Shown here piece after piece: positions 12,812 through 26,249 of a stretch of DNA of 64,000 nucleotides (its first letter is position 1; each line of letters begins with the position of its first letter). The stretch is from Octopus sinensis (Eukaryota). The stretch is taken from positions 34,720,001 through 34,784,000 of the forward strand of contig NC_043015.1 in the NCBI RefSeq assembly GCF_006345805.1, read 5' to 3'. The notes beneath the pieces were generated by a model. The model was not told the DNA's origin. It searched no databases and worked only from the letters and a program-made list of their open reading frames with translations. The position numbers were made by a program, and so were the translations under genes.

Positions 12812-12837
12812 TATATATATATATATATATATATATA

Positions 12838-14447
12838 CTAGCAGAGTTACCCGGCGCTGCCGGTGTTACATACAATTGAAGAATTAGACTTTTCTGTTAT
12901 ATTTTCTGTAATGAAGTGGAATACCTATGTTTCAAATTTCATCAAAATTGCAGATGAGGGTTATTTCCCTCTTTACACACCCTAAAAAAATCGTAATTGT
13001 GCCACATTTATCCCATACTACTGATTTTTATGCGCATATTACAAAATTCCAGTCTTATAGAACCTGTTAAAATGATTTTGCTCCTGAAAAATGGAGGTCG
13101 TGAAGCTCTGAAACGTGAGAGTTAAGGCCCCTATTGTGGGTGGGCATCTTAATGTCAACCAGAGAAGTTGAATTGTTGAGAATCTTTTTAACTTGAGTCT
13201 TATATCTATTGTTTGAATTTCTTTGAAAGTATATATTCACTGGGTTTGCAAAAGAGAGCAAAGCTATGGGAAACCAAAAGACGAATGATCACAATAAGCA
13301 GTCAGCTACAGTACCCTAGTCGTTACCACTTCCAATGTAGTATTCCTCACCATGCAGGTGACAGGCACAGCCGTAAGATGTCAGATGGCTTAAAGAGGGC
13401 AGAACCCCCATGAAAATTCATGAATTTTCGATGTTGATGAAATTTCAACCATGGGTAATTGACAAACATCAAGAAATATTCTCAAAGTTTCCACTTCACA
13501 TGAGGATTCTAAGATACCCTAATGGGGTCTTAATTCCCAAATTTTAGTCATTTCTTTTATGATCCAAAAGTACTGAATGAATCTTTACGAAATTTGGAAA
13601 TTATATTCTATGCATAAGGGCCATATTCTATGCATAACGGCTGTTGATGACATTTTAACCATAGATATTGAATACAAATGAAGTAATATTTATAAAATTT
13701 CATCGTCTTACAAGGTAGAAAGACCCCTCCATGGGGACTTTAGACCCACAATTTTGTCATTTTATCTAATCAAAGACGAATACAGTTGTACAGTTGTACT
13801 CTTGGAAGCTGTAGGGTCATCCGAGCATAGAAGATGAGCATTATTTGTAATTCAATGGTACAGCAGTGTAAGAGTTTGCTTTGACATACACTTAGATTGT
13901 GATTTCTGCAATGTACTGCATAAATTGTCAAGTAAATGAGAGGCATCTTTGCCTCCACTGATTCAGTCTTTTTATTATCATTGGGTCACACATAGTCCCC
14001 AGATGGTAACATTGATTTCAAGGCCTTCCCTGATGAGTGACTGGTTATTCGAAGACATTTATAGATTGTAAATTTATTCTGTCCAGTTACGTATCAGTAT
14101 AGTGGTCATTTGCAAACTCCAACTTTCATTTCTCCTTAGCCCTCACGTCACACAGTTGTTAATGTTCATTTCAGTTGGGTCACGCCCTTCCAATTGCTAT
14201 AGATTCGTAATTTAAACCAAACATATTGCATTACACCCACCCTTATGCATTGAATCTAAGTTTCAAATATCATAAGGATCCATTCAGTAATTTTGGTTCA
14301 TTAAATTGTATGAAACACACAACATTACCTTTCTCCCTAGGCTTCGATTTTGTGTTCCAAATTTCATGATGATCGGTGCAGCAATTTTCGAATGTATAAG
14401 TAATACACGAACACATAAAGACATTGACTTTGATATAATATATATGA
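12838..14447 (-). mobile_element. Non-autonomous Helitron-like element
   Basis: Minus 3' end CTAG|T at 12841-12838 with GC hairpin CCGGC-GCT-GCCGG (12851-12863) about 10 nt inside. The putative 5' end is TCATATATATTATATC at 14447. There is no TSD, and it abuts (TA)n. Confidence 0.65.
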
Positions 14448-14500
14448 ATGTGCACTTATACATACATGTATATATATATATATGTGTGTGTGTGTGGAAG

Positions 14501-14563
<63 letters not shown>

Positions 14564-14609
14564 AAGATAAATTGATAGATACCACTGAGTGGGCAAACAA
14601 AAATATGAG

Positions 14610-14826
14610 ACACAAGCTAGTGCTTTTTTTATGTTGGTAAGCCTGGTATTTATTCTATTAGTATCTTCTTGTGAAACCAGTAAGTTATGAGGATGTAAAT
14701 AAACGAACAGCAGTTGTGAAGCAGTGATGAGGGTGAAACACAGAAACAAAGTCACACACATACATTTAAATATATACATACATATATATACGGTTGATTT
14801 CTTTAAGTTTCTGTCTACGAAATCCA
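14610..14826 (-). mobile_element. SINE family A internal fragment
   Basis: 'taagcctggtatttattctatt...gtttctgtctacgaaatcca' is colinear with family A. Confidence 0.6.
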
Positions 14827-14861
14827 GATATATATATGTGTGAGTGTGTGTGTGTGTGTGT

Positions 14862-15222
14862 AGTGTTCCAGGTTCATGAGGATTTCTTTAATTCTTGTGA
14901 GGCAATCTTCAAACTTGCCTGTATGGTTTGGAGCATCCGGTGGGCAATATGTTATGTTGTCTTATGTATACAATTAGAGTGTCACATACCGAACTTGAGT
15001 ATGACAGTAAAACCTGGGCTGTGAGGTCATCTCGGATGTATACAGCAACTCCACCATGGCTCCTTTCCCTTCTGTCTGTTCGCAGTATGGCATAGTTTGG
15101 TATGTGTACTTCTGTGTCCTCTATATCAGGGTTGAGGTGAGTTTCCACAAGTGCTATGCATAGGGCTTGATTGCATGCAGTAAGATCTCTCAGGAAAGAA
15201 ATTTTGTGTTTATTTTGATGCA
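14862..15222 (-). pseudogene. Apurinic-like endonuclease (APE) fragment of a LINE ORF2 (CR1/L2/Jockey group)
   Basis: ORF 14909..15241: CIALVETHLNPDIEDTEVHIPNYAILRTDRRERSHGGVAVYIR carries the APE motifs ETHL and RxDR...GGVAxY. Confidence 0.85.
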
Positions 15223-15324
15223 ACAGCCCCCCCCCCCCCAATATTTAGTAAAAGTATATATTCTTAGTGAAGGCCAGTTTTGGGGTTATCCTGGGTTTCC
15301 CGTCAACAAAGGGTTTAACTTTAT

Positions 15325-15372
<48 letters not shown>

Positions 15373-15389
15373 ATGTGTGTGTATGTGGG

Positions 15390-15422
<33 letters not shown>

Positions 15423-15483
15423 GTATCTATCTATATATATATATGTATGTATGCATATATATATATATGTATATATATATGTA

Positions 15484-15593
<110 letters not shown>

Positions 15594-15595
15594 AT

Positions 15596-15900
15596 ATCCT
15601 TGCTTCCCCAGTGGCTTCCCTCCCCTCACACATCCACAACACTAACCATGCTCTTCGTCTTTTCAACACTTTCTCCTTCCCTCCTGACCCCTCTAAACTT
15701 CTCTTCACTCTTGATATCAAGAGTCTATATACGGTGATCCCACACCAGAAAAGACTTCTTGCCCTCAAACACTTCCGAGATCTTCGACTCAACCTCACAC
15801 CTCCATACTTCTTCTCTCCTTCTTCTCTCCTTCTCTCTCCTTCTTCTCTCCTTCTTCTCTCCTTCAACTACTTTTCGTTCGCGGGGGAGTTTTACCAACA
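15596..15900 (+). pseudogene. Penelope-like reverse transcriptase fragment
   Basis: [15 protein letters not shown]...[16 protein letters not shown] (PLE RT motif D-x-x-SLYT-x-IP) and [11 protein letters not shown]. Flanked by (TA)n and (TC)n. Confidence 0.85.
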
Positions 15901-15901
15901 T

Positions 15902-15962
<61 letters not shown>

Positions 15963-16588
15963 CACACACACACATACAAACACACCCACATTACAGATTT
16001 CTTTCCAACACGCACCCACCCACCCACGCACACCCACCCACGCACACCCACCCACGCACACCCACCCACGCACACATCGCACACATTTTTATATATACAC
16101 TACACTCATTGACTTACTGTTGTACTCGTGACATATTTTACCCCATTGTAAAATTGTATTTGAATAGGGTGGGCTTCACAGAAACTCATTCTACTTTGAA
16201 CGAATGTGAGCAGGTGTAGGCAACACGACAAAACCCAAATAGTTTCTGTAAACAGATCGATGCATTGTAAATGTTGGTGGCCGACATTGTTGGTCTGGGT
16301 CAACTAAGTTTGTATTAGTATATGTAACCTATCTTTATTCGTACACTACTGCATAAAATGTAATGTGGGGAAAACACTTTGCAGATTAAACATACAATTG
16401 TATATAAGGAAGTCCCCAATTCCACCAAGTGTTGAGAGCAACACTAAAGACTTGGTCTTCTTTTCCTGCTATATCTACTCTAATGAGACTAAGTATCACC
16501 ACAAAGTTCACAGAACTTTATTTCAGTTATGGGAGCTGACGAAATGATGCATAACATATGTAGCTTGCAGTGGCAAACCATCTAACCA

Positions 16589-16620
<32 letters not shown>

Positions 16621-17099
16621 TGCACATAGACACGTGCGTGTGTGTGTGTATATATGTCAGTTTTGTGTATGTTTACTTACCTCCGTATTCACATACATAT
16701 ATGCATACATACATACATGTGTGCATACATGCATGAAAACATATATATGTACATTTATACACACGCACAAACACAGAGAAACAACACAGATACAGGAGAC
16801 GGGAAATGGCAGCCGATTGGGTATCAGCGATTCCCTACTTTCTCTGCTGCTCTCACTTCCAGTATTGCAACCATTAACAACAACTTCTCCAGCATCTCAA
16901 ATGTTTGCAGCTTAATTACCGCTGCATGGCTTTCATAAAGCCAGATCGACTGTAGATATGGTTTTATGATCTTTTCACCTATGTCTCTCCCTAGCGAAAT
17001 CCATCCATCCATCCATCCATCCCGTCCTCCCTCGTTCCTTGGATCTGGTTTTCGGTCAAATTTCGCTATCAAGGTGAGTGCTGAAGACATTCTTTCTGA

Positions 17100-17925
17100 C
17101 CCACGATGATCCGGTTTTATCCACCACACTCTTCCTCCTGAACATCAGTGCCCTACATGGTGTCACTGCAGCGATACCAACTTTTATGTAAATGATATCA
17201 ATATTACTTTCCTAAGCTTCCACAATCGAGCATCATCCACATTCTTAGAAGACACTTTACATCGAATCTCTTTAGATTTCATAAAAAGAGCAAACCCAGG
17301 CACCAAATCGTTAATCCGTTAATCCGTTAATTAACGAGGTTAACATTTTCGTTAACGATTTAACTTTTAAGTTAACTTTGGAAATCATTATCGGGCTTAT
17401 TAACTTCTGTTACCTCAAGTCAATTTGAATTAACTTCAATTCAATTGAAGTTGACGGATTTTATAGTTTTTGGCACCTTTTAAAGGTGTTTTTAGATGGT
17501 TTTAGAGCAAAAACTGATAGTTTATTTTTTCTAAATAAAAATTAACGTTAACGGTTTACCGATAATTTCCGTTACATTAAGAAATAATTAACTGATTAAC
17601 GATTATCGAAGTTAACTTTTCGATTAACGGTGCCCACACTTGTTAAGAAAACATTATCCACCCCACGTAACTAGACTCAGCAAAACCACTACAAATGCTG
17701 CCCTCTTCCAATCCCTGAGGATCCCTGCTAGCGATGTCAACCTTTAATACAATGGCAAAACAGTATCACAAAGATTGGCCTTCCTCTTTAGGAATAGAAG
17801 ATACTTCATCCTCCAATAATTACTAAGCCTCTACAAAGCTCAAGAAAGACCCTGAGGGGAATACAGCTCCTACATGCGGAGCAGTGTTGCTGCTACAAAT
17901 ACATATCACCTTAGACCGTATTCCC
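17100..17925 (+). mobile_element. Decayed LINE RT remnant (CR1/L2/Jockey group) interrupted by a MITE
   Basis: VLSTTLFLLNI (cf. GSVLSPTLFL) at ~17113 and SQRLAFLFRNRRYF..LLSLYKAQERP..EYSSY..LDRI at 17760-17925. Confidence 0.6.
17298..17642. mobile_element. MITE with many (C)GTTAA(C/T) subterminal repeats
   Basis: The right end reverse-complements to CAAGTGTGGGCACCGTTAATCG (hAT-like); the left end is CAGGCACCAAATCGTTAATCCGTTAATC. More than 10 GTTAA motifs; no clear TSD. Confidence 0.55.
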
Positions 17926-18998
17926 CTCGACAGCCACTCGATTGGGGCCATGAAGTTTATAACCAATACATTTATAACGAAGAGATTGAAACTGAACTGG
18001 TAAGCGACGATTTATTCTCCGTTATAAAATACAATGATTACCAAACATGAAATAAAATAACATAACAGGTTACAACAAGGATGTGTGACCGCTGGAACGA
18101 AAAGGTCTTGTGGAGCCGATATTTGGGTATTTAAGCCTAGATGAGTCAAAACGAAACATCCCACACAATGACAGTGTAATTCACTTCTGCTACACATTTA
18201 ACCCAGGGTCGTACTATCTCAATTTGAAGCATTTAATGTTTCGTCTGTTTAATGACGTAAAATTCTTCATCTTTAAATTTCATGCTGAAGGTTTAGACTT
18301 GTCTTATGTCCGTTCACTGAATTTGAAGGTGATTTCGAAACCGTTATTATTTTCAGTTAACTTCATGAAATTTATAAAACATTAAATGCAGAAACCACAC
18401 ATGTAATCATCTCGTCCATTTTACGTGGAGCAAAGAAAGGTAATCAATCCATCCATCCACCCAAACACCCACCCAAGACACACACACATACATGCATACA
18501 TACATACATGCATACATACATACATACATACATACATACACAACAGACCTAATAATCAAAAGTCCAGGAAAAAGAGAATATCAAGGTGAATTAATGCGGA
18601 ACTTACAGCTCTTTTACCCTAACTATACATCCTCATTTGTACCTATCATCATAGGCTAGGTACAAACAAATTTGCACAAAGACCTAGATATACTAGTTAG
18701 TTTGTTTTTGTTTTTTTTTCGAACAGCAAAAGAAACTGACGCGGATTCTCCAAATCCAATCCATTAGTGCCACAATGAAGATTAGTAAGACATTCCAAAA
18801 ATTCTTTATCTGAGATTCTTTAAGTGAATAGATGCACACGTTTGGGTTTGTGCATCGACAGCTCAACAACACACCAACTCAATTACATATCTACAAACAC
18901 CGGGAACTCTCTTAACACTAAAAATTTTGTCGCTCTGTAAGCGACCGGTTTGAACTCTCTTAAGAAGAACTTAAATAAAACTCAAAGAAAAAACACAT

Positions 18999-19224
18999 CC
19001 ATACATGCATACATACATACATACATACATACATACATACATACATACATACATACATACATACATACATACATACATACGTACGTACGTACATACATAC
19101 ATACATACATACATACATACATACATACATACATACATACATACATACATACATACATACGTACGTACGTACATACATACATACATACATACATACATAC
19201 ATACATACATACATACATACATAC
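18999..19224. repeat. (TACA)n tetranucleotide array with TACG variants
   Basis: Directly visible. Confidence 0.95.
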
Positions 19225-19339
19225 TTGCCAAGACAGATATGGTGTCCTAGTAATTGGATTGATGCCCTGCCTGTGGCCAACATACGAGGGTTGTCTTGAG
19301 CCTCAAAATAACAAAACCTGGTACAAGACTTCTGATGAT

Positions 19340-20379
19340 TTATTTTTCAACATAGTCCTCCTGGGTGGCTGAACACTTTCTGCAGCGGTGCTGAAGCGCC
19401 ATTATCCCGGCGTAGAAGAACTCTTTTGTTTGAGACTCCAAGGAACTTCCTATGACGTCATTGTCACTGGCAAAATGGCGACCAGCCAAGGCTTTTTCAT
19501 CTTTGGAAATAGATGGAAGTCAGAGGGGGCTAAGTCTGGAGAATAAGGCGGATGGGGAACAAGTTCGTATCCATAATCACGAATTGTTGTCATAGCAACC
19601 ACTGTGGTGTTGGCTGGAGCATTGTCGCGATGAAAAAGGAATCATCTAGTGAGCATTCCCGGCCTTTTTTCTTTGATTGATTCTCGGAGGGGTTTCAGTA
19701 GCTGAGAATAACACAGCCCTGTCACGGTGTGACCCTTTTCAAGGTAATCGATCGGCAAGACACCTTGAGAATAAAAAAAAACGGACGCTATGACCTTGCC
19801 AGCTAAAGGAATGATCCTGGCCTTCTTTGGGGTAGGAGAAGATGTGTGCTTCCACTGCTTTGATTGTTCTTTGGTTTCAGGCTGGAAGTGATGAACCCAA
19901 CTTTCGTCCATAGTAATGAAACGAGCAAGAAAATTCTCTTCATCGGCTTCAAACAGTTCCAGATTGCTCGTGGACAAAGTGCACCTGGTGCGTTTCTGTT
20001 CAGGAATCAAAAGGTGAGGGACCCACCTTGCAGAAACCTTTGAGAACCCAAGTTATTTTGTCACAATGTTGTCTGATCTTTCAGTTGAGATGCCCAGCCT
20101 TTCGGCTATCTGACAACATGATATTCGGCGATTTTGCATTATCATACCAAGAGCAAGGTTAACGTTGTCCTCGGTGGTTGCAGTTGGAGGTCTCCCTGGT
20201 CTGGGATAATTTTCCACACTTTCCCTGCCACGCTTGAATTCATTTACCCAGCGTTTGACTGTTGCATATGAAGGAGCATTGTCTGTTAAGGTTCTCACCA
20301 TATCCTCATGGATTTCTGATGGAGTCATGCCTTTCAAATGAAGGTACTTAATGACGGCACGATACTCAGTTTTCTCCAT
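19340..20379 (-). pseudogene. Mariner DD34D transposase pseudogene
   Basis: MEKTEYRAVIKYL...HTH, RWVPHL, ITMDESW, HRDNAP, HPPYSPDLAPSDFHLF, ending DYVEK*. Broken by stops and frameshifts. Confidence 0.92.
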
Positions 20380-20486
20380 TTTCCTTGTAAACTCGAAGCT
20401 TGTTCATTCAAAAATCGGCAACAAAAAAAACTTTAAATATCAGAATCATGAAAATGAGCAAGAATACTCCGAAAAGACTGTACTTA

Positions 20487-20717
20487 TTTCTTTATTACCC
20501 TCAAGAGGCTAAACACAGAGGGGACAAACAAGGACAGACATGGGTATTAAGTCGATTACATCGACCCCAGTGCGTAACTGGTACTTAATTTATCGACCCC
20601 GAAAGGATGAAAGACAAAGTCGACCTCGGCGAAATTTGAACTCACAACGTAACGACAGACGAAATACGGCTACGCATTTCGCCCAGCGTGCTAACGTTTC
20701 TGCCAGCTCGCCGCCTT
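20487..20717 (-). mobile_element. Full-length SINE family B with 19-bp TSD inside the mariner 5' region
   Basis: TSD TCCGAAAAGACTGTACTTA at 20468-20486 and 20718-20736. Head GGCGGCGAGCTGGCAGAA, B box GTTCAAATTTC. Confidence 0.93.
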
Positions 20718-22440
20718 TCCGAAAAGACTGTACTTACCAGACAAAATTGTTTCAGCTCTATAGCAGTCTCGTTTCTAGGTAAGGCTCAAAACTTTTCATA
20801 CACCCCTCGTGGGTGGTCTACTCATTACACTGAGAGCGGGAACCAACGTTTCTGTGGAACTGAGATGTCGCTGTGGTAGGCACCTCGATTCCACAGGCCT
20901 TCATGGTTTGTCTTGCCACCTAAATGCTAGTTGTTTCGCAGTCACACCGAGCTAGTTTAATCGTCAAGCAGGCCCTGGCTCGGGTTAATATCCCCTCAGT
21001 TCTGGAGTAGGCGGGATTATCCAGAAGTGATGGAAAGAGACCAGATGGTCTTATCTTTTGTCCCTGGGTTAGAGGTTAGTGCCTCATCTGGGACACCACA
21101 GTCTGTGACTACTTTGCACCCTCCTACATCCTGGACACTACGGTAAATGGGTGGGTCACTGATTCCGTAGCCGAACAGAATAAAATCCTTAAGTATCGAG
21201 ACTTGTCAGTGAACCGTTTCTTCCAATCTGTGGAATTTGAGACGTCTGTAGGGGCTGGGCCGCTAACTACAAAGTTCTTGTCATCGTTGGCGGCTCGTCT
21301 TACCGAAATGTCTGGTGATGCCCGTGAGGGTGCTTGGCTGTTCCAACGCCTTAGCCTCGCCATCGCTTTAGGTAATGCTGCCAGCGTGTTGGCTTGCCTT
21401 AACAGGTTCCATTGAACCTTGTCAGGGGTGAACCCAAGGTGCGCCCTTCTAAATAATCTTATTATGCCCTTTTCTCCAGGAATTGTATACTCTTCTGGCC
21501 TTGTGCCTTCCCTTCAAAAAATTCCTGGGACCGTGCCTGCTTGTGGTGTGCGACCGATTGAGGCACTTGGTGTTAAATTGATGATTTTCCCTTCTTTTTC
21601 TTTCTTCCTTTTCTTTTCTTTCTTTCTTACTTTATGCTTGTGTTTTCTTCGGTATTCAATTTGTAGTTTAATGTGGTTTCGTATTATACATGCGGCATAT
21701 ACATATGTGTTATACATGTAATTATTATCTCTGTTGATAATAAAAGAGAAAAAAAACTAATGAACCTAAAAAGAAAGCAACAGCAGTGTTGACCAACGTA
21801 TAATGTAGTTTTCTTGAACAACCCTTTCAGAGACTTACACCAACTGTAAAATATAGGTATGTGGTGCAAAACGAGACGCAAACATTTTTCTACCTCGTTC
21901 TGTTAAAACAGAAATCGCCAACTAAATTGGATGCATTAAGAGACGCCAATGTCAATGGGGAGATATTATCTAAAACAATGAATTTATCAATAATTTTGAG
22001 GTGTTGCTTTCTTCACTGATAGAAAGAGTGTTTGTATCATGATTGGACAGACAGACAGACAGATACACACACACGTTTATAAATGTATATATTTATACAT
22101 GCACATATATATAAAATATGTGTATGTATGCATATGTGTGTGGGTGGGTGTGTTCTATGTATGAGTGCATGTATATTCAGTATGTATACGTTATTGTACA
22201 TTCATATGTGTGAGCATACATACAGTCATACGCACTTATATACATATAATCATACAGCTCACACTGACACGTATACACACATACATATACGCGCACATAT
22301 ACACACTGGTTGTGCGTAATTATTTATATGTAATGAAAAGCTTTAATTACTTTCTGTGTACACTTACATTGTAGCTCTCTATCACTCAATGGATGACTAT
22401 TGATTATATCAATCGAAATCGGCATGTGTGTGTGTGTGTG

Positions 22441-22520
<80 letters not shown>

Positions 22521-23306
22521 ACGAGTCGCCTATACAGCGACTCGTCAGGTGCGAAACCAATGGTCACTCTCTGACCGGCCATAACCAGCAACATTTAATG
22601 CGTGTGTGTATGTGTGCGTGTGTGTCTGTCTGTCTGTGTGTGTGTGTGCGTGTGTGTGTGTGTAAGTGTGTAAGTAGGTATTCTATGTTTGTACATGTGT
22701 GAGAGAGTTTGTTTCCATGTAATTATTGTCCAAGCCTATTCACTGAAGCTTCCTTTTGTCAGGTCATCTTTTACCTGCTCAAGTCCCAAACCGCAATCGC
22801 AGTCCCACCGTGACCTTCCCCACAAACACCCAACCCACCCGACACGGGCACAAAACTTTTTCCGAAGCAAAGTTTGCTGTTGTCAGCTTGTTTCTTCCTT
22901 TCTACGACACTACTTCCACCTACTCTTACTCCACCTACAACAACATCAACAATTACACAGACTAAAGCATCCTCTGCATCGGAATGCCCCTCCCCTCAAA
23001 CAAGTGAATAGGATTTATGACATGCAACTCAAATGTTATGGCATTATTCATCCTTAACAAATACATTTCTACCCTGATCTTCCACAAATACTAGCACAAT
23101 CCTCCTTATACTTCTTGTTTATGTTCTCCACTCCTCCCAAGAACCCAGATTACCAAATTGGTTCTAAAACGAAGAAAGCAACAGCTTGGCACACAAAACT
23201 TGTGGATCTTTATTTACTGACGTCATCTCATCATCTGTGCATACACACACACATACATATACACATGCACGCGGACACACACACACACACACTCACACAT
23301 ATATAT

Positions 23307-26048
23307 TAAGGTTATGACTTTTTGATTTTTTTTTAAAGTAAGCAATTTCCTGTATTAAAAGTCGATGAACAACTTTATATAAGTAGGGAAAATAACCTTT
23401 ATTTTAAGGTTTTTAAAAAAAAATGTCACCTCCAACTGAAGAAATCTAACACAACTTTTGACCCAAATCATACAAAATTCTAGCGGGGTTCATAATGCCT
23501 TCTCAAGTTTTTACCAAACTTGGTGTGCTGACTTAATGCAATGCAGAAGCAGTATATCTTAAATTTCAGTTTTCAAGTTTAAGCAGTTTAGGAGTTATAG
23601 AGTTTTTAATTTGTTATCACTTAGGCCCTACTTTAGGAAATATCCTCTTCCTTTGACTATATTAACTGTTTTTCAGAATAGTAGGCTTATCCAACTAAAG
23701 TATCTAAAATAATGTCTCATAAGAGAAGTGTTTATGTCACTCAAAGAAACAAAAAAATCTGGACGAAGAATCTCGTGCAATTTCAAGACTCACATAGAAA
23801 AAGAAAACTTGTTCCTCTAGAAGAGCATTCTTTGGAAAACAACTGTGGGATACCAATGAAACTTTAAATTGTCGGTTGCTATCTGTTCCTTGGAGGTACC
23901 ATCAAATGAAGGAAATAAAGAGCAAAGGAAATTTCGAAAGAAGTAACTTTTTATGGCAAAAGAAATTAAATTTCCTATATTTATCAATTCAAAATGTACA
24001 AGCAAAGGTAGAAAAAGTGCTGAATACCTACAATAAATGTGTAAAACGAGGAAAATATGATTCATTGAAAGGAATGTTTGACATCACAAAGGAAAACGGT
24101 GAATGGCTGTGCAGTGAGGATAAAAGGTTATATTATCTTCAAATGAAAGCAAGGGACAGGTTGGATATGCAACTGGAAAGGCAACCAGTTCCAAAACTAT
24201 CCATCCATCCAAAACAAGAAAAGTGTCCTTAATGCCAACTTCAACCAGAGCAACTCCAGTGTCATCGTGAACGTCTGAAGCAGAGACTAAAAGTGAATAT
24301 GAAGAGTCCGAAAAATTAGATGAAGAATCCACAGAAACAAGGAGGAAGTATAGCAAAACTGGAACTGCAACCAAGTTAGTAATATCTTCCAAGCTATCAA
24401 CCCAAAAAGCAGGAACAGTTTGTCGACATTTATCTCAAGATATAATCAATGTGGAGACTCCTTTGTAATCTGGTATTTAGAGATTGACTATCAAAGAAGC
24501 TGTGAAACTAAAAAAGAAAATGAAGAAAACACTACTTTTAGAAAATTGGTCATTGTATTTTGATGGTAAATGTATTGGTGACCAAGAATGCCAAGTGCTT
24601 ATTTTAAAGAATGACCAGTAGGAAGTTAAGTTAAAAGTACTCCAACTACAAAACGGAAAAGCCGATACTGAAGTGAAAGGAATAACAGCTGTTTTAGATG
24701 AATACAATTTATGGAAATGTATAAAGATGACTGTCGCTAATACAACGATTGTGAACACTGGGAAACGAAATAGCATCGTCATTCAGTTGCAAAGACTGCT
24801 GAAAAGGGTTTGAAAGAATTGCAATTTATTGGTTGTCAGCATCATATCCTTGATAGAGTGCTTCGTGTTGTAATGGATAACGAACTTGGAGAAAAAAGTA
24901 ATGTCCCAATATGGAAAATACATTCATCCCAGAGCTAATTACGAGAAACTCCCGTCTGAGTTCAACAATGGTGAAGAAAAGATTACTGAATCAGCAGCAT
25001 GGCGAGGTGACATGAAATTTCTATTCCATTTGACTCGAGATTTTCGCTTCTTTGAAGAAACCAGCAAATTTTCTATTGTAAAGTTTAAAAAAATACTCAA
25101 CTTAAGTAATGCAAGATGGAATTCTTGAGCAATACCAGCTCTTTTGGTATTTATTCTTCCAACAGAGTAAAGAGTCTTGCTTCTCAATGTTTGTCGATTC
25201 ATCTCTTACAGGTGGGTAAATATTTGGTTTACTGACCAAATGTTCAATGCACATGATTGTCAGAAGTTATGTGGTAGCCTGCAAGTTCATAAAAAAGCAT
25301 TGAACTCTGTAAAGAACTTTTGGAGTCGAGAACCATGAAAACTGGAAATCCCCAAAACAAATAAAAGTGCAGAACGGGCAATCAGGTGCCTTCAAGATCT
25401 TTATGATGCTTGTAAAAAGGAGAAACTTCAGCTTCGATTTATTTTATCTAACAAAACATATTAATTCTTTGTTATGTTTAAAAATTTGCCAACATTCAGC
25501 ACCCTTTTTCTCATACAGTTACTTAAAATTGGAATTAAACCTATAAAGTTAAAAATATGTATCGTTTTTAATTTTGTATGTTATCGAATGCTTGTAATAG
25601 CCTCTGTCTCAAAATAGCCAAGTTTTGAACCTTTGCATAGACTAATTTCAATTCAGTAATCTTTAAAATGTATAAATACACTTTTAATCCACATCTCTCT
25701 TGCGTTTACAAGGGTATAGGCAGCGGAAATACTGAAGTGTGAATCTAGTGCCACCTGGTGATTATAGTTTAAAAAGTCCATAACTCTGAAACTACTTCAA
25801 CCAGAAAGCTGAAATTTCAGATATACTATTTCTGCATTGCATTGAGTCAGCACACGAAGTTTAATAAAAAAAACTTGAGCAGACGTTATGAACACCCCTA
25901 GAATTTTGTATGATTTGGGTTAAAAGTGGTGATCGATTTTTTCAGTTGGGGGTAAAAATTTTTCAAATAAAGCAAAATAAATGTTAGATTCCTGACTTTT
26001 ATGAAATTATTCATCGAATTACCGTATAGGGTTATTAGGTTGTGAAAA
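23307..26048 (+). mobile_element. Long-TIR hAT-like (hATm-like) DNA transposon
   Basis: Imperfect inverted repeats of about 270 bp (~23352-23625 vs ~25755-26028), e.g. 'acccaaatcatacaaaattctag' / 'ctagaattttgtatgatttgggt', enclose a transposase pseudogene. Exact termini and TSD are not resolved. Confidence 0.8.
23712..25464 (+). pseudogene. DDE transposase pseudogene with CxxH motif
   Basis: WSLYFDGK (D1), TVANTTIVNTGKRN (D2 mutated to N), FIGCQHHILD, SNARWNS, TNKSAERAI (E). Many stops and frameshifts. Confidence 0.8.
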
Positions 26049-26067
26049 TTATGAGTGTGTATACATA

Positions 26068-26104
<37 letters not shown>

Positions 26105-26151
26105 ATATATATAATATATATATATATACATGCATAAATGCATATAGATAT

Positions 26152-26200
<49 letters not shown>

Positions 26201-26249
26201 TACATATCCATATGCATTTATGCATAGTTTTCCCATACATTATCTTGTG

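Larger units (their letters stand above)
19285..20809 (-). mobile_element. Near-complete mariner transposon
   Basis: Left end TA|CGAGGGTTGTC..TTGAGCCT; right end AGGCTCAAAACTTTTCATACACCCCTCG|TG. The left TIR has a short deletion and the right TA is mutated. Confidence 0.9.
19225..21700 (+). mobile_element. CRE-like non-LTR retrotransposon 3' remnant (REL domain), split by a mariner
   Basis: Before the mariner: SNWIDALPVAN. After it: LRCRCG..., [31 protein letters not shown] (PD..D), KILKYRDL, EFETSVGAG, WLFQRLSLAIALGNAASVL, with a stop at 21415. Confidence 0.8.

Noticed and set aside
14028-14062. CTGATGA-GTGAC..GTTATTC-GAAG inside the Helitron
   Set aside because: GAAG instead of GAAA and no stem I/III pairing; probably chance.
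18110-18385. 91-aa ORF in unique-looking sequence
   Set aside because: Non-ATG start, no recognised motif, no clear splice sites.
22690-23230. Possible old LINE remnant
   Set aside because: C-rich and coding-like, but no diagnostic motif could be read.
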